Below, piece after piece: positions 38,170 to 40,204 of a stretch of DNA of 40,204 bases. Location of the stretch: positions 1-40,204 of IMG/VR virus record IMGVR_UViG_3300008255_000228; one strand, written 5' to 3'. Origin of the DNA: a virus. Lineage: Duplodnaviria; Caudoviricetes. Within the stretch, counting starts at the first letter, position 1; each line of letters opens with the position of its first letter. The notes under the pieces were generated by a model that had not been told where the DNA came from, ran no database searches, and saw nothing but the letters and a program-made list of their open reading frames with translations. The translations under genes and the position numbers were made by a program.

Positions 38170-38616
38170 TTAAAAAGCAATCTGTTTTTTACACTGACCT
38201 TCTAGTTTTTTCAAAAACTTATATGTTTTCAATACCTTACTGGTGTAAGTTTTACTACCAGGATTGTAATATTTTAACCAAGTTTTATCTTGTTTTTTCA
38301 TTCTTTTTCTTTTGTAAGTGCAAATTAAGGTGCCAACAGCAATATTAAAATCTATACCATATAGTCTTTTAACACTCTTACACCACCAAGCGTACTTACT
38401 GTAAGGACAGTGGACTTGCATTAAACCATAGTCATTTGTTTTACTTGTTGCCCGTTGTCTGTATCTTGATTCTCTGTAAATAAGAGAAGCGATAAGGATT
38501 GGATCTAACTGTCTCTTCTTAGAATACTTTATAACAATTGGAGCTATTTTGTTTGCATTGTATTGAGAGGCACCAGATTTGACCAAGACACAGGCTAAGA
38601 TAACTGCTTTGAGCAT
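38170..38616 (-). CDS. SLT-family lytic transglycosylase
   Basis: LIYRESRY catalytic Glu, GLMQV, NI..G, YN; hydrophobic N-terminus. Confidence 0.85.
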   Translation of the reverse strand: MLKAVILACVLVKSGASQYNANKIAPIVIKYSKKRQLDPILIASLIYRESRYRQRATSKTNDYGLMQVHCPYSKYAWWCKSVKRLYGIDFNIAVGTLICTYKRKRMKKQDKTWLKYYNPGSKTYTSKVLKTYKFLKKLEGQCKKQIAF

Positions 38617-38957
38617 AACCTAGTATTAATTTTATGAAGTAGTGTTTCGTGTTTAATTGCCACCCAACCTCCTGTGTTTTTATCTAGTTTCTCTTGCATC
38701 CAAGAAGGTAACTCTAAGAAAATTTCACTAGTGTTTCTATTGAACTTTTTAGTAAGCAAAGACTTTGCTATGTTTACATTGATACAGCTACCATCTCTTT
38801 TAGTAGTTGAAACTTTATGAACAAACACTTTGTAAACATCTTTACCTATTTGCTCTACAACAATACCCTTACATACTAGAGGCCACGATTGCCCTCTAAC
38901 GTTCCCAAACAAGAACACCTCTGTTCCTTGTTTAAGCCCTTTGCTTCTTTTATTCAT
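38595..38957 (-). CDS. hypothetical basic protein overlapping the RT stop (SH3/KOW-like pattern)
   Basis: LKQGTEV..KGIVVE..YKVFV; AGGAG RBS inside the RT 3' end. Confidence 0.65.
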   Translation of the reverse strand: MNKRSKGLKQGTEVFLFGNVRGQSWPLVCKGIVVEQIGKDVYKVFVHKVSTTKRDGSCINVNIAKSLLTKKFNRNTSEIFLELPSWMQEKLDKNTGGWVAIKHETLLHKINTRLCSKQLS

Positions 38958-39912
38958 CAGTGCTCCTTTGCTGATTTTTATCCAATAATTTATTTACATA
39001 AGATAGCATCTTAAACGATTGTGTCTTGTTTATTTCACTTAAATAATTAAGGATACCAAGAATACGACAAGATTCTTGGTTAGATCCTTGAATTTCATTT
39101 AACTTTAAAGGAACTCTTCCCAAGGAATTCCAAGTCATTGTTAAGTCCCTATGGATAATTGCCCTGTACTTTTGAATCTTTTTTCTCTCTACTTTAAGTA
39201 CTTTTTTTTCTCCGTTTAAAAGCACACCTGTAACCGTTTGTTTGTTTCCATTGTTAAACGAAAGGGCTGTTTTCTTATCATTAACTAAGAATCCATGCTT
39301 CCTAATTATTTTCCAAATTTTTAACTGTATTCCCTGAGGATATAAACCATTGCTAGAAATTGTTATGTCGTCAATATATCTAGTGTAAGTACATTCGCTT
39401 CCTACTAAATTTATAATCTCTTTATCCATCTCTATTCCACAATAAGAGGCAATATGAGAAGAGGTAGGGGAGCCCATGGGGACTACCCCCGTCTGAGGAT
39501 GTACAAGAAAAGATACAATTTTATTGAGAGAATGCTTTAGTATTTCAAGATTTGGATAGTCTATGCGCATCTGTATAATAGCTTTTTTAGCCATAGATCG
39601 CGTAACCATATTGAAAAAATCTTTTAAATCTAAGGTTAAAACCCAACGAGCATTTTGATGAAATGCTGCATTGTATATATGATTACGATCTTCTCCTCCT
39701 AGTCCATATAACCAGGAGGGATAAGAGAGCTTCTTGAAAAGTTCTTCTAGAAGATAACGCTGAACTTTCTTGGTAGGATTGTTTGGCACAGACAGTTTTC
39801 TCACTCCACCAGAGGGTTTAGGAATGTTAATAAATCTGTACCTTGGCTTACAGTTAAATATATTTTGATTCATTTCTTTATCTGTTTTAATTTTGAAGGC
39901 TATGGATTGCAA
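38950..39912 (-). CDS. retron-type reverse transcriptase
   Basis: IPKPSGGVRKL, NAAFH (region X), DLKDFF, PMGSPTS, YTRYIDD, VTG (region Y); start is TTG 39912 or ATG 39873. Confidence 0.92.
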   Translation of the reverse strand: MQSIAFKIKTDKEMNQNIFNCKPRYRFINIPKPSGGVRKLSVPNNPTKKVQRYLLEELFKKLSYPSWLYGLGGEDRNHIYNAAFHQNARWVLTLDLKDFFNMVTRSMAKKAIIQMRIDYPNLEILKHSLNKIVSFLVHPQTGVVPMGSPTSSHIASYCGIEMDKEIINLVGSECTYTRYIDDITISSNGLYPQGIQLKIWKIIRKHGFLVNDKKTALSFNNGNKQTVTGVLLNGEKKVLKVERKKIQKYRAIIHRDLTMTWNSLGRVPLKLNEIQGSNQESCRILGILNYLSEINKTQSFKMLSYVNKLLDKNQQRSTDE

Positions 39913-39938
39913 CTACCTAAAAAAACAACCAATTAGGA

Positions 39939-40204
39939 CAACTGTTAACATTTACAAGTTAACCAATTGCTGTTACTCATCTCATCTACTTCAAGTGTAT
40001 GCCTGTTATAAGTTTATAAAATATAATTTAAGGCTGTGATACCTGAAAGACTAAATCAAATCTTAGTCTTATACCTAGGAGGTCAGGTAATCGTTAGATA
40101 TTAGTCTAACTTAGAAGATCAAAAATTCTGTAAAAATCTTATAGTGTCTTGTTTATTTATTTATTGCTAAGATTTTTTGAAGAATTTTCAATCTTCTACT
40201 GAAA
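39939..40204 (-). ncRNA. candidate RT-associated structured ncRNA (msr/msd-like), probably cut off by the window end
   Basis: ORF-free region upstream of the RT with at least five inverted repeats, including an 87-nt hairpin at 40112-40198. Confidence 0.6.

Noticed and set aside
38950-39912. RT as part of a diversity-generating retroelement or group II intron
   Set aside because: The motifs are retron-type. I saw no TR/VR repeat pair, no maturase or endonuclease extension, and no interrupted host gene.
39985-40200. TCTACT repeated about 210 nt apart, and AACCAATT twice (39927, 39961), as a possible repeat array
   Set aside because: Too short in AT-rich DNA and only two copies each; sequence beyond the window is needed to test for an array.

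Overview
A 40.2-kb, AT-rich, gene-dense fragment of a large dsDNA bacteriophage, read with the standard genetic code. No virion genes, tRNAs or CRISPR arrays were recognised. Genes run on + to about 9.9 kb and on - from there to the end. The window covers replication, recombination and nucleotide metabolism: a Cas4-like nuclease, fused primase-helicase, amidase, dUTPase, PhoH, dCMP deaminase, phosphoesterase, a DnaE polymerase split into separate PHP and catalytic genes, a DEDDh exonuclease, RecA with a mini-intein, a class II RNR with two inteins, radical SAM, AAA ATPase, ClpP, a trypsin-like protease and a transglycosylase. Four things stand out. (1) A retron-type reverse transcriptase (NAxxH, YIDD, VTG) has a densely structured upstream non-coding region and an overlapping downstream gene. 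(2) An 8-nt stop-containing insertion interrupts the conserved HLHLH-TQYS motif of the DnaE PHP gene inside three competing hairpins, a candidate recoding or bypass element. (3) One protein closely follows plant organellar Whirly motifs. (4) DnaE is split without inteins. All family calls come from motif recognition by eye, not database searches.
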